A stretch of 63,612 bases of DNA, counting the filler, from Reticulomyxa filosa (taxonomy: Eukaryota; Protista; Foraminifera), in NCBI GenBank assembly GCA_000512085.1. It is 23 parts of 23 records of this genome, joined end to end, with 100 filler letters (N's around TTAATTAATTAA, not from the genome) between each part and the next. Parts side by side here need not be neighbours in the genome. Positions count along the whole stretch, not along the records: positions 25,625 to 27,029 come from ASPP01011851.1; positions 27,130 to 28,352 come from ASPP01019150.1; positions 28,453 to 31,781 come from ASPP01018396.1; positions 31,882 to 36,188 come from ASPP01009242.1; positions 36,289 to 40,801 come from ASPP01023545.1; 18 more parts are not named here. One strand, 5' to 3'. Positions 27,018 through 40,901 of this stretch are shown one piece after another. Within the stretch, counting starts at the first letter, position 1. Every line of letters starts with the position of its first letter. The position numbers and the translations under genes are program-made. The notes under the pieces are model-generated. The model was not told where the DNA came from. It saw only the letters and a program-made list of their open reading frames with translations, and made no database searches.

Positions 27018-28254
27018 GGGGGATTTTTTNNNNNNNNNNNNNNNNNNNNNNNNNNNNNNNNNNNNNNNNNNNNTTAATTAATTAANNNNNNNNNNNNNNN
27101 NNNNNNNNNNNNNNNNNNNNNNNNNNNNNACTAAACCCTCCAAAAAAAAAACACGAGATAGTGTAGAACTTTCGACAGCCTTAAAAATCCGATTCAAGGT
27201 TTCTGAAATATCCAAAGATACTTAACTTGCATATTGTGTGATTTGTGTATTGTTTTCCTTTAATACAATTATCATATACTCTTTACAATTATCCTCTTTA
27301 TTATATATATATTTTTTTATTAAACGCTTTTTGACAGAAAGTTTGTAGATTCTTTATTGTCATTTGTATTATATGCAATTCTTTGTACTTCACACTGTTT
27401 ATTCCATCGAAAGTTTTTCAGATCAAATATTATTTATACAAAAAAATTGATAATCACGATTTAACTTGTTTATTCTAAAAAAAAACTCTACATTAATTGG
27501 AGTGACCACCCAAAAAAACTTTGTATTAATTCGAGCGACTCCAAAAAAGCTAGTTTGAGTTTTTAATGAATAAACACGATAAAAAAAGACCAAAAATCGC
27601 ATTAATGTTTGCTCAATTATTATCCAAAATATTTTTTTCAATAATATTTTGCATTCATTTTATCACAAACAAGTTTATAATGAATATTATAAAAAAACAA
27701 AAAAACAATTTTTGTGAAATCATTTCATGTTGGATTATTTCTACTTTTGTATCCTAATACATTCAAGAAACATTACATAGTTCAATGATAGTTATAAAAT
27801 AATTCAAATTGCAAATTAATAAATTTGTCCTAAATTATAATAACCTTCCAAATAAATAATCAAAAGCGATCTAGGAAATCAATGTAGTTTTTTTCACTCT
27901 ACTTTTGATTGAAAGTGTAAAAAAATACTACATTTTTTTTGGAGTCTATCAATAAAAGTCTGTATTCAAGGAAATGGCAACGTTTGACATGCCAACAAAG
28001 TTACTTATATCGATAGATTTTTAGAGCAAAAAATTGTCAAAAAAAATTTTGTCTTTTGACATGTACAAATATGTAATTGAATACTTTTCAATGAACATAA
28101 AAAATTTGTAAAAAATTGTTAAAACTTTATTAAATATATTATTTTGTATTTATTTGAAACAAAAAACCAAAATTGAATTGAGTAAGAAATTTCTAAAAAA
28201 GTAATACTCTAAAAAAAGTCTAATCATCAAAAAATCTACTTCAAAAAAAAAACT

Positions 28255-28352
28255 TAGCATAGAATTTCATTGTCCAAATCTTGTTAGCCGCATTGCGTTG
28301 CAATTTGTTGACATGACGATCAGAGTGACTTCCAAGTATCGACTTGCCAATC
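28255..28352 (-). pseudogene. Decayed actin C-terminal fragment
   Basis: IGKSILGSHS resembles actin WIGGSILGSLS, and the downstream sequence is degenerate. Confidence 0.35.
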
Positions 28353-28452
28353 NNNNNNNNNNNNNNNNNNNNNNNNNNNNNNNNNNNNNNNNNNNNTTAA
28401 TTAATTAANNNNNNNNNNNNNNNNNNNNNNNNNNNNNNNNNNNNNNNNNNNN

Positions 28453-28491
<39 letters not shown>

Positions 28492-28504
28492 GTGGTTTTT
28501 AGTT

Positions 28505-28808
28505 GATAATATAAAACTGGTAAAAAGTATAGTGCCAAATTTTTTCCATATCATCCCAATTTGTCACAACTCCACGTTTAATTGGATATTGTAATGAAAG
28601 GTCACTTTTGTCTTTTATTGTATCGCCCACATAAACATCTTGTTCTCCTAAACTCCCTATTTTCACATTTTTTGGCTCTCCCAACAACCGATTCGAAAAC
28701 AGCCCGGGGAGCGGCGTCTCCACCAAAGCCAGCCTTCATTGTTCTACTTCCATTATCTATCACACAACATACTGGCACATTTTTAGATTCCTCTTCTTCT
28801 TCAGACAT
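28505..28808 (-). pseudogene. Actin/actin-like N-terminus with a 1-nt frameshift
   Basis: [29 protein letters not shown], then in a shifted frame DVYVGD...[24 protein letters not shown]. Removing one G near 28675 restores VGRPK. Confidence 0.85.
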
Positions 28809-28974
28809 CTATTTTATTTTGATTATATAATTAAGATACGATAATCTTAAAAAAAAAAAAAAGGCGTTGGCCCACAAAAACTCAACAACGATTATTTCAA
28901 ACTTTTAAATAAAATATCACAAGAGTTTTATTTTTTTTTTTATGATAGACTCTAAAAAAAAAATGATTTAAAAT

Positions 28975-29560
28975 TTTGCATTCTCCCGGCAACACCATTG
29001 AACATGGTATTGCCTCCACTCATTACAATGTTGTTATATAATCTCTTTTGATATCGACTTCGCAATTCATAAATAATTGAAAGGCAAGCTGGTGAATGCC
29101 TTGTTAATAGGATTGAATGGAATATGAATCGAATAAAATTTTAGCACATTGAAATCCTTCAGTACCAACTTCAATTTCTTGGCCATTAGGTAACGTATAC
29201 TTTTGTGGCAAAATAATGAACTGAGCACTTTTCAATTCTTCGTTGTAAAAATAAATGTTTTAACTTTACAAAAATTACAATCTCATTCCATTTTTCAATA
29301 TTGTGAAAATTGTAACGACTAAAAAAATAATAAAAGATGGAAAGAATAAAAAATAATTTTGGAATCTGAAGATAAAATTTCGCTTGTTTGCTTACAATGG
29401 TCACATTTTGTGTTGGTCAGCTACACAACAGCATTACTTTGACATTGGATATTTAATTCTGGTATAAACACGCAGAAGTACGTGATAACTATTTTTAATT
29501 CATCTTTTTTCCATAAAAAAAATATGTATCAATATCAAGATCAATTCTTCACTGTCCGTT
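28975..29560 (-). pseudogene. Heavily decayed actin copy
   Basis: GIHQLAFQLFMNCEVDIKR / YNNIVMSGGNTMFNGVAGR match actin [36 protein letters not shown]. Multiple frameshifts are present. Confidence 0.7.
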
Positions 29561-29936
29561 GGCTTCAACAGTGAATTTTCCATAATTCATATCCTTTTGT
29601 AAAATAAAAAACTAAGTCGGATCTTTGGTTGTAAAATGTTCATCATTTTGAAATTTCACCTGTTTTAATCACAGAATTTAAAAATCGGTAAAACAAAATA
29701 AATAAATATTTAATCTTATTAGCTTTTAACTAGCGTAAAAGCTTTTTGTTTCGGTGGGTAAATGATGCAAATAATTGGAAAGTTTTTTGTTTCCATACAC
29801 CGAATGAATAACCTCTTAACCATTTTTATTTGTCACGCTCTATTAAGAAAAACAAGAAACATATGGAAAGTATTGGCACCAGCATGAACCCTAGTGCTCC
29901 AGAAAGAGACGGAAAAAAGTTCAACAAGAAATTCCA

Positions 29937-30884
29937 ATGTTAAAAATCTTGTATATACATGGGCTGGAAAGTGGACCCTCAGGGAATAAAGTGCGAATTC
30001 TTCGGAAGCATTTTCAAGTGACTTGTCCGGATTTGGAACTGTCCTCATTCAACCTTCTGAAGCCGAATTCGGTGCTTCGCAGCATAATCCTAAGTTTCCA
30101 ATGGCATATAATGATCTACTTTGGCGTGACAATGGCGGCATGCATAAAAACGTATAAAAACTTGGGTTCGTTTTTTTGGTTGGCAGTGTGTCTTGCGATA
30201 ATGTTGATATCGTGTTTGAGTATATTAATTTATTATCGGGATTACATATTGAAGCAAGGAGTGAGGAAGTCGTTTGAGCAAAGTGCGGACATAATTTTAA
30301 ACCAATTGGCATCTGGACAGCCGTACGACGTGATAGTCGGATCATCTTGGGGAGGTGCTATCGCATTGCATGTATTGGCCCAACGTAAGTTCCATGGTCC
30401 AGTTATTGCCTTATGTCCCGCCTACCAAATGCTGTTCGAGTGTATGTACGCCGGCTCCAAATCCCCGACGTCGAGTCTGACGACCATGCAGCTGTTCCAA
30501 AATGGAGCCAGACTGATTCGACGTGGTATTGTCTATTTGTGGAGGTGGTGCTTTCGAGGATTTCGAATGACAGAGGATGTTTCTAATAAAAAGTATGAGA
30601 CAGAGAATGACAATGCAATGTCGTCATCATCATCATCATCATCCTATGACGTCGTTGTCGAACGTATCAAAAAGATTGGAGGCGGACGTGACAAACGAGT
30701 ATTGATTATCCATGGCGATAAAGACACTGTCGTCCCATTGGAACACAGTGAACGACTAGTCCATTTCAATCCCTCCTTTAAACTGCTTGTTGTCAAAAAC
30801 CAAGATCATCGCTTGAATGACTTTGCAAACTCTTTGGTCGAAATTGTCAAAAAAGTTCACTCCCATTTTGAAGATATTAAGTAA
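29937..30884 (+). CDS. Alpha/beta hydrolase (YqiA/UPF0227-like esterase) with inserted TM segments
   Basis: Oxyanion motif YIHGLESG, nucleophile GSSWGG, and IIHGDKDTVVP ... DHRL completing the Ser-Asp-His triad. Intronless, 315 aa. Confidence 0.88.
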   Translation: MLKILYIHGLESGPSGNKVRILRKHFQVTCPDLELSSFNLLKPNSVLRSIILSFQWHIMIYFGVTMAACIKTYKNLGSFFWLAVCLAIMLISCLSILIYYRDYILKQGVRKSFEQSADIILNQLASGQPYDVIVGSSWGGAIALHVLAQRKFHGPVIALCPAYQMLFECMYAGSKSPTSSLTTMQLFQNGARLIRRGIVYLWRWCFRGFRMTEDVSNKKYETENDNAMSSSSSSSSYDVVVERIKKIGGGRDKRVLIIHGDKDTVVPLEHSERLVHFNPSFKLLVVKNQDHRLNDFANSLVEIVKKVHSHFEDIK

Positions 30885-31479
30885 CATTTGTCCCACCGAT
30901 ATAAACAATGGTTTTTTTTTTCAAACAAATCGTTACAGAAATTTTGCTGCAAATGCGGCTTTTTTTTTTTTTTTATTTTTTTGGTTACAAAAAGGTTACC
31001 TTTTGCTATCATTCTTTTTACACACCTGTGAGGGTCGACTTGTTCCGATTGAAAACGTCTCAAACAAGTTTTTTTTTTTTTTTGGATAAGCATTAGCACT
31101 TGCCTTTTCTCCTTCTTTTTTTTTTGGACCAAAGAAAACAATTTTGCAATCGACACAACGTAAGTCATACTTTGACTTTTTTTTTAAAAAAAAAAAGGGG
31201 GAAGAAGGTCATGTCGAAAAACAAAGATCGATTAAAAAAGAGTAGTCTTCTATTATTGTCACAGTCACAAAAGTGACTTATAACAGTATAAAATCTAAAG
31301 AGCAAAATGAAAAGATAATAGCAATAATATATATATGTATATTATGTATATGTCCTTTTTATTTATCTCTTATGACAACAGTTGACCCAGTTATGCATAT
31401 AATGCGTTGGCCATTTTTTATTTTGTTTGAAAAAAAAAAAAAAAATAGAGTGCAAAATTAGCAAAGAAAAAGATCCCAG

Positions 31480-31781
31480 CTAGTTGGGAATGAAACAAAA
31501 TTGTCTATCAAAGACAATGACATCGTTCAAATCATCAACCGCACCAAAAACAGTAAACTCTTTTTTTTCTAGAAAAATTAGGAGACGACCTCGTTGAGAA
31601 CAACTTTGGCTTGAAAGCGTTGGTTCTTAAAGAAACTAAGAACAGTGGTTGTCAAATCCAGAAACAACGTCACACAATCTCCAGAGCCGTACCATTCCAA
31701 TACATCACTTAAAACTTTACCACGTCCTTGAATAACCCCAAAAGGGCCGTCCCAACGATCCTCGTTTGAGGATGACAGTTT
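31480..31781 (-). CDS. C-terminal SPRY/B30.2-like exon (5' truncated, possibly frameshifted)
   Basis: YGSGDCVTLFLDLTTTVLSFFKNQ resembles the SPRY motif GDxIGxxLDxxxxxLxFxKN. Confidence 0.5.
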
Positions 31782-31939
31782 NNNNNNNNNNNNNNNNNNN
31801 NNNNNNNNNNNNNNNNNNNNNNNNNTTAATTAATTAANNNNNNNNNNNNNNNNNNNNNNNNNNNNNNNNNNNNNNNNNNNNCAATATCATTTTAAAAACT
31901 CAATACTTGTAGATTTTAAAAAAAAAAAATTAGGTCTAA

Positions 31940-32030
31940 ATTGATTTTTCATTGAGAAAATCAATTATCATCATAAGATATGTTTTATGCTTTCAGTTCT
32001 TTGCAACCTACTGTATATCTAAAAATAAAA
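31940..32030 (-). repeat. Remnant of the same Kelch family as 13647-13730
   Basis: gagaaaatcaattatcatcata.gata...ctttgcaac.tactgtatat is shared with 13655-13725. Confidence 0.6.
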
Positions 32031-33589
32031 ATGAATAACACATAACATTTCCTTCTTTTTTTTACAATTTCATTCGAAGTTTTTTTGTATAAAAGTTTAC
32101 GCAATCTTTAAGTATAAAAATATATACGTACTAGTTTTATATTATACTAGCTATCGCTATCATTACGAACGCTGAAAGTGCATCTTGCTTTACTTTTACA
32201 AACATATAGTTCATCATTTTTATTTTTACTTCGCAACACTACGCGTTCACTTACTAAATATGCGATATAAAAGACAACTACGAGTTTGCCATCATAGAAA
32301 TGTCTGCGTATGCATATATTGCTTACATAAATTGTTTTGTCCCTATTCGGGCAATTGTTCCAATTTGTTTACAAGATCTTCTTTAGTCATTACAATCATA
32401 GTATTACTTATTATCAAAAACTTTTCATCATTATATGTGATAATTTCAATTTAAGCTCTTTTTCTTTCTCTAATACTTATTGTTAGTCAATGTTTTTCTT
32501 GTTTTGTCAATTGCATCAATATCATTCTAGATTACTCTAGAAAAAAAATTTCATACTTGAATAAACGGCATTAATGATTAAAATTTTTTTTTATCATAGG
32601 TATATATTGTTTAATTATACAACACTTAGTTTTTTTTAAAACAATCTTTGTATAAAAAAAACTTCTAAAAAAAAATACTTTATTAATTGCGCGATATATG
32701 CATTAAATTTATCACATTATATGATCGACTTCCGTTGTTCTTCAATTCTATTTCTAATTGAGTTTTTGTTTTTTATTTGTCTTTTCGCTATTGCATATTT
32801 TGTTTTATTTGCCGAAACGTGTCACTTTTCCACTTGTTGGTGTTTTTCGTCGTTTATATTTTCTGTTGTGGGCACGAGAAGTTTTTTTTAACAAATTTCA
32901 TAAAATAACGCAAGATTTAAAAAAAGTGTTACTAAATTTCCTACTCCAAGGTTCACGAACCACTGTTTGCTTTCAAATGTGTGCCTGTTCGGCAAGGATC
33001 TGTCAAAAATGCAAAACAAAAAATTATCAAAAAGAAAAATAACATTTACAATAAAAAGTTAGTCCACGCTATCAAGTGACAACTTTCTTTTTTTTCCTCA
33101 TTTCTGTTTTTATGTTTATTATTTTTGCGTACATCATCGAAAAAATTGAAGAATCGGTATTTGTGTTAAGGATATTCTATGATTTTGCAGAAAACCAAAA
33201 ATTTATCAAACACATTGATAGTCCATTTGAAGTGATTTTATGCTGAAGCATTTCAGAGAATTTTTAGATTGAAATGGTGACCGTTTATCTTCACAAAAAA
33301 AAAACAAAACAATTTTTCCTGAATTCTAATTTAATTTGGTGACAAAGCCAAAAATGTGGTTCATTAGTCATTTCTCGATTTGATGGAAACTATGTGTATC
33401 AAGCACAACATTACAGATTAAAAGATAAAAACGAAACATAAATTTTGCAAAAACATTTTAATAGGCAAAAATAAAAAAGACGAAACAATAAGGCTTGAAT
33501 TGGCCTACTTCACGTTCTGGTCGTTCTATGTTAGCCACCAGATCAATTTTAAAAAGTAGTGTTTTGAGAGTTCAGTATGAAATGTGGTG

Positions 33590-34170
33590 TCATAATGATG
33601 TTACAAAACTTTTATTCGGAGGGGCTTGACTGTTTTCATTACCATCCTCTTGATTGTCCTCCGAACTGGTGTCATCTTCACTCGAGGATGAAGATGAAGA
33701 TGAAGATGAAGACGACGAGCCATTGCTTGCCTCCATGTTCACCAAGCTACTAATGCATGACTCGCGACACTTTAACACTCCACAAGTTGGAATGTCGCCT
33801 TGGGTTAGGCACAAGTTCACACACAAATCACTACAAAAGGCTTCATTGCCGCCAGGGACAGACACTTCGTTGTAATCTTTAGCGACTGTCTTGTATATTC
33901 GTCCCGCCTTTTCATTTTGTTTTGTGTATTGAGTGTTGAATATGGTCACATAAGTTATACATCCACTAAAAAAAAAGGAAAGCAAAAATTAATTTTGTGG
34001 GTTTCTTTTCGACTGGTCAATATCTTGACCATTTTGAATTTATTTCGCCCTACACATGCTATGCCACAAAACTTTGTAAGCAACGAAGAGCAACAAAATG
34101 TCAGCAATCACCAACAGGAGAAACAAGCAACAGAATGCGCGTCTTTTGCGAGCGCCCCGCCATCTCATAT
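33590..34170 (-). CDS. Small hypothetical protein with an N-terminal TM segment and Cys-rich domain
   Basis: Hydrophobic N-terminal exon (MRWRGARKRRAFCCLFLLLVIADILLLF) and an exon with FCSDLCVNLCL...CGVLKCRESC and poly-S. Confidence 0.45.
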
Positions 34171-34624
34171 GCTCGGATCTAAACGTGTTTGGAGATAAGG
34201 GTTGAGAGAAGCGTTCCATTTATTTTATTTTTTGTTGCGTAAAATTGAATAAAGATTTTTTTTTAGTTAGCCAACTTGTCACCCTTTTCACAACTGTCCA
34301 GGGAAGCGTAGTGATGACCAGATACAGTCTCCAGATATGCGAATACTGAAACTAAATTGGACAGTTGTCACCCACATATTTTGCTTTTAGTAAGACACGC
34401 TCGAAAAGATATTGCACAACCGGCATTTGTTCAAAATGAAAGCGATTTCTCTTGATATCTGACTAAATAAAACCAAATTGTACATACGAAACAAACAACA
34501 CGTACAAAGTTGGTAGCACATGCTATTTACTTGTTTTTTTTCTTTTAAAATGTTGTGAATATTTACAAATTTTATTCTCAAAAGAATTTTTTCTTGAATT
34601 ATCTTTCCTCAAACATTTGAACAA

Positions 34625-36070
34625 TCAAAGCGCGGGACGCTCTTTTTGGGTACTTCTTCTTTCAGTTCCGTGTGTCACCAATTTCAAGAACTCGACACAT
34701 TCCCTGTGACCAGCTTCCCTAGCCCTTTGTAATGGTGTTTTCCCTTTGCCATTTTTTAACTCCATCGCGGCACCATATTTGTGCAAGATCTCCAAGCATT
34801 GTAATGCACCTTTTTTGATTATTATTATTTTGCAATGAGAAAAAAAAAAAAATTTATTCAAGGCAAAAAAAAAAAAAAAAAAAGACGCGAAACCTGCGCC
34901 TGCAGCAAAGTGTACAGCAGCCTCAAAGAATTTGTTTTGTCGATCCAAAATGGCTCCATATCTAGCCAAGTGTTCTAACAAAAGTGGACGATTGTACATT
35001 GCGGCCCACATGACCGGAGTCATTCTTTCTTTGTCTTCTTTGTTAATAAAGTCTTTTGCGCTTTTGAACGACATATCGAGTTTGGCCATCGCCTCCAAGG
35101 CATTGAAGCTTCCAGTCATAAAGCAAGCCCTTTGCACAGGACAGCCATAGGCATCGACGACATTGAGTTGAACGCCTTGTGCGGCCAGCCATCTCATTGT
35201 TGCGCCGTGGTCATTCACGGCAGCACGATAAAAAGGAGTGTGTTGCAAATCTCCACGAATATTTAAATTGGCACTGGCAGTGGCCAACTCACGTAGGCAA
35301 TTGATATGTCCTCGTTCCGCTGCAATGACTATATTTGATTGTATGTAAAAAAAAAAAAAAAGGCAGCACTTATCGTTGTTATTGTTACTAATATTTATGT
35401 TTTTGTTTTTGTTTTTTTTTTTAAATGAAATGGAAGTAGTATCTTCTTTCTTAAACTTGCACATGTGTCACCATTGATAACAGATGCGTGGAAATCAACT
35501 TTCCAGTTAACCAATTCGATCAAAGCATCTGCGCTGCCGTGCACACAAGCGGTGTGACATGCATTAACTCCTCCTTTGTGTTTCATGTGCAACAAAGCCT
35601 CGTTTATATTTCCCAAGTAATGAATGACCCCAACTTGGTTCTTTTTGGCTGCCAAGTGGATTAATCCCTCGTTTAGTCCGCCCAAATCTTCGGGGAAAAT
35701 TTGGTCCTGGAAGTCCAGTCGCTTTGCAAATATCTCCAAACAGCGAACTGCCCCTTCGCTTGCCGCGACCATGCATGGCGTATAACCGGCATGGTTTCTG
35801 CGATTTAATGGAGCACTTTTCTGCATTTTTTTTAAAAAAAAAAAAAATGTACAGCACAGTACATTTGAGTGGACATTTACAATTTAGTTGTTCTGCCATA
35901 CTCCACACATTGTGTGTTATTTGGACATTGTTAAAAAAGAAATAACTCGTTTCATAATTTCTTCTAATAATTGCCAATTGTCAGTTTGTACACACGCATG
36001 CACGACTGTATTGCCTCGATAATCGCATTGAGTCAGTTTGGCTCCAGCATCAATTAGCAATTGTAACTTT
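34625..36070 (-). CDS. Ankyrin-repeat protein (multi-exon, 5' truncated)
   Basis: Repeated ankyrin motifs: GYTPCMVAASEG, LIHLAAKKN, HTPFYRAAVND, MTPVMWAAMYN, AAVHFAAGAG and GKTPLQRAREAGH. Confidence 0.9.
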
Positions 36071-37553
36071 AACAATAATAAAAAAACAAACAAACTGTCT
36101 CTTCTTTTCCAAAATGAGCCTTTTTATATATGTATACGTATATTTGCAGATATATATAAATTATGAAAAACGCGAAAAAGAGAGGGGGNNNNNNNNNNNN
36201 NNNNNNNNNNNNNNNNNNNNNNNNNNNNNNNNTTAATTAATTAANNNNNNNNNNNNNNNNNNNNNNNNNNNNNNNNNNNNNNNNNNNNAATAACAATAAC
36301 AATAACAATAATAATGGAAATAATAATCCTAACAACTCTCGTCCAAATAATGCCAACTCACAAAACAATAACTTTGCCAATTGGAGTCGTGATCCCAATA
36401 CAAAGACAAAAAATATCAGGAAATTTTAGACGCCTTCGAAGTCACCCAACACCAAACTGATCTCTTGTTGGACATGCTCAAACTTACCACACAGGAAATG
36501 AGAAATTTAAATAATCTGGCAATGGGAAAACAAAACAGATAGCTTGATTCACTATTCTCTTTTTTATCTCATTGTTTGCAATTCTTTCGTTTCTTGTCTA
36601 TCTTGTTTATTGTTTTCTTTTTTTTTTTCTCTCAATTCATTTATTCATTAAGTCATCCGGAGCTTGTACTTCATTTTTTTTCCCTTCATCAATCTATCAC
36701 CAAAAAATTAGTTCCAATAATAACTTGTGTTGTTTATTGTATTTGGAAGATAACTTTCACTTCGATAAGAAAAACAAATATTAAAGAAATAAAAACAAAT
36801 AATAGCTGGTATTTCTAAAAATTAGATTAAATGTGTTCATGGAGGAAATCGATTATCTTCATAAATTAGCCCATAAAAAATAGTTTTTGACGTACAAGTC
36901 AAAAATAGCGTGAACTAATCGTCAAAAATTATCACAAGTAAAAATGTTAACAGTATATATCAAAGTTGTGTGATCAACTAAAACATTACTATCAATAAAT
37001 AAAACAAACATACCAAAAATTCCAAAAAATAAAAGAACTTTATTCAAAGAAACAAGATTAAATGAAAAGACAGTATAACGAAAACAAGAAAAGAGAAAGT
37101 GTTATTGTTGTGAGATTTTGACCACCGTGACTTCTTCAAAGTTCCTTGAGAATTATAATATGAGATTTTATATTTTTAAAAAATTTTGATTTTTGCTTTT
37201 TATCACTATTTTTTCAATCGGAGTATTCATTGCTCAAAAAATAAAAAACAACACAAATGAAAGACGCAAGCATCTTTAATCTGTACAACAAACCATTGTC
37301 GGTAGTTTCGTTCGCTTTTAACAACACAGCCTGGTCTCGTTACAAAAAAGCTCCTGGTTTGGATAATAAATCTCATTTTTTTACCCTTGCTAATATAGAG
37401 CAAAAAAATGTCTGCTCCAGTTTCAGTAGTAAAATCTTTATTGACAAATCCAAAACAAGGCTCCAAGGACTTTTTTGCGTTGTCGCCGTCAAAAGGTATT
37501 TTGCAAAAAAAAGTGGAGTGGCAATAGTTTTGAAAATATTAATAAAGCAATAT

Positions 37554-40500
37554 ATGGCAATGTCTGTACAAACATTAGAGCAACTCTGGAAATTTTTGGA
37601 GTTTTTGATATGGTCTCACCAAGCACCGAGCGATTTTCCTCGATTGTTTGAGTGGTTGAGAGAATTGGCAAGCGCAGGACGCGGCTTTGCGAAGACTTTC
37701 ATCGAAAACCAGCCCAAGGGAGCATGTGGAAGACAGATTATTCCAGGAGAGGGTGTATATACGTGCAAGACATGTCAAACACATCCTTCCGCAATAATAT
37801 GTATCGATTGTTTTGAAAACTCGAACCATGTTGGACACGAGATAATGTTCCATCAAATTTCGTCCAACGGAGCAACTTGTGATTGTGGAGATGTATTCTG
37901 TTTCTCTCCTACCGGATTTTGCAAGTTTCATCCAGGACCAGATGCACTGGTTGAACGTATTCGTTGAGCACTTGTGTTGCAGTGACATACAATATGTTGT
38001 GTACATGCATGCATGTTTGATTGCAAAAAAAAAACTAATAGAATTGGATTCTGATGTGAGAGTGGCATGTCGATTAGTTTGTGGGTACATGATCTTTTTG
38101 TTGAGTCATGCCTTCAGTGGTGACCACCATGACGTGGTGTACTTGCCGCCTACAATGGTTCGTTACTCTTCATATTTTACCATCTTCAACACATTCAAAC
38201 ATAAGATTGACAACACGCGGTCATTTGAACAATTTACTTTATTGCTGCTCCAGCTGACAAAGACTCAGGATAAAATTTTAACTGTTTATGATGACAACAT
38301 TGCCAGCTTTCCAAATTGTTTGTTTGTTTGTTTGTTTGTTTTTTTTTTTTTTTTTTAAAGATAACAAGCAAAAAAAAAAAAAAAATGTCATTTTTATCCA
38401 AAGGGCATTACAATGCGCTCCAAATGATGCGTTAGACTTTGCATGGAGATTACAAATGTTCGGAAAAATGTGTTCGGCTGTTGCTCCAGATTCCATTATT
38501 CAAACGTCTCAAACAGTTTAATTTGTCATTGCATTACGTTTTGTATCTATTTGGTTATACATTACACACACACACATATCGTAGCATATGTACAAATATA
38601 CATATATATGTATACGTATTTATTTATTTATTTAATTTATGTACAAACAAAATGCACCAAAAAAAAAAAAAGAATTTGGGAGACAAATGGAATGCAAACC
38701 TTAGTAACCGGCATACAATCAGATGAGTACGTTCGTGTGCTATCGAATGAATTAGTGATTGAAATGATCAAGTGCATAAGTTCATGGACCAAAAGTGACA
38801 TATTAAACCGAGTCTTTGCACAATGTATGATGCAAGATGTGGATTGCTTAGCAAATTGGCAAGACCCTTTTTACGACACTACGACATTGAAAGTGGAGAT
38901 TCCGGGCTGGATCGACGACGGACAAGATTGGATCGAAAAACCAAGCCATAGCCCTTTGGGAAAACAGATAAGGGCAGATTATCACAACCGATACAAAGCC
39001 CAAGAGTTTATTCATGAGACTAAGACACCAATTTGGTATTTTTTTCTCAATGACTTTGCAATGAGCGAGTTGAGCTTTTTATATATATATATATATGTGT
39101 ATATATGTATATATGTATATATGTATATATGTATATAAAAAGATGGAGCTCTTCTCTTGAAACTTTGGAGCCTATATATTACATACATATGATATATATT
39201 ATGTGAAACGTTTTGAACTACCCAGACGATATCGAGAAGGGTCTAATAATTTGTGGTATGGATTAATGACCCTCTCAGCATTGAAGTGCCGCTTATGCCA
39301 TGTACTTACGTTTATGTATCAAAAGCTCATTGCCAATGTGAGTGTAATGGAACAGACAACAAGTATTTTAAATGTGTACACAGTACAATTGTTTCAAGTG
39401 GACAATATGATTTGTGACGTGATGCGAACGCACAACCTGCTCGGCATTGCAATACACGCCTTCATGCACACACTGTGTGACACCGCGGTCATGTACACAA
39501 AAATGCCGGCAACCAATCAAAATGACTTTGAGTTTATCGACACATCTCAAAAGGCCATCTTCGACAACTCTAACAATTTGGCATTTGATACTCTAAAATA
39601 TGACCTGTCCTATATGTTTGATCGCAAGAATACAGTTAGAATTCATTTTTACTCACTTTTTTTTTTTTTTTTTTCTTCCGAAAAAGAAAATGAGGGGGGG
39701 GGAAAAAAAAAAGGCTCATTTTTTATATTCGCAACGACCCGACTTATTGAAGAAATGGTGCCAAACGTTATGCTTGCTCCAAAATGTGTACGAAATATAT
39801 CGCGAGATCGGACATTTTGAAGCGCTGGCAGAGAGCGATTGGAGAAAAGTGGTTTTGCGAAATTCGAAAATTATGAAGCTCAGTGACCAATTGATAGCGT
39901 CAACCCATCGACTGTTGTCCTCGCCGACCACTTCATCGGAGCTGAAGGAGCGCATTAGGAAAGTCCTTCTTGTCATTATCGCGGAGGCCTTTCCAATGAT
40001 CGATTGGAAGCCGTGGAAACCCTTGCAAACAAAGCCATGGGTAATTCAAACATGCACAGTCCCATCCACGACCAAAAGCAGAGCCACGCCTTCGACTCTA
40101 TCTCAACTCCAAGTCGGAGTGCAAGATAGGCTCTTCCTGCCAAGCACGACAAAAACCACAAGTATCCATCCCGATACAATTGACGCATATGGTGATGATC
40201 TTTATGCACATAGCAGCGATGATCAGGATGAAAATGACATGAGCATACCCGATGTAACTGATCAAGTGGACCAGAAGGAACCACAACAACAACAATCACA
40301 ATCACAATCGCAACAATATTTGACACAAGAGCTGCAGCAGTCCCAAGCAATTAAAACGGAGGACGAGGACAAGAAAGAGAAGAAGGAAGAAGAAAAGGGC
40401 CTCTCTCCAATTATGGTGCTCAACACGTTTGAAGGAGGACAAGAAGAAGAAGAAGAAGAAGAAGAAAAAGAAAAAGAAGTATTGGAAATGGACTTTTTCC

Positions 40501-40801
40501 GAGTCGACAGAGATCGCTTGTCTTTGATTTTGCCTTTGTCACGGTTTATTGTTTATTTGGGGGCCATTTATTGCCAAACGTTTCGTGTTTCTTTTTTGAC
40601 AATGGGAAAAAGAAATAGAGCCACTTACTTTTTTTTTTTTTTTTTTAAATTCAAATATGATTTATAAGTAATTCACCCTTTTTTTTTTTTTTTTAACTAA
40701 AAATAAAATAAAAAAAAATCAGTTCTGGAGAAAGTTTTGCGGATGTGGTGGCACGTATAAAATACCTGAAAAGTAAGACTACGTACACAAAGGACGAAGA
40801 C
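37554..40801 (+). CDS. UBR-box N-recognin E3 ubiquitin ligase (UBR1/2-like; multi-exon, 3' truncated)
   Basis: UBR zinc finger CGRQI..GEGVYTCKTC....AIICIDCF..SNHVGH...GATCDCGD....GFCKFH, then downstream SILNVYTVQLF and LKYDLSY motifs. Confidence 0.88.
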
Positions 40802-40901
40802 NNNNNNNNNNNNNNNNNNNNNNNNNNNNNNNNNNNNNNNNNNNNTTAATTAATTAANNNNNNNNNNNNNNNNNNNNNNNNNNNNNNNNNNNNNNNNNNN
40901 N

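Noticed and set aside
19937-40801. An apparent cluster of immunity/ubiquitin genes (CHAT-STAND, Kelch, ankyrin, UBR ligase)
   Set aside because: The genes lie on different contigs separated by artificial spacers, so their proximity is not real.
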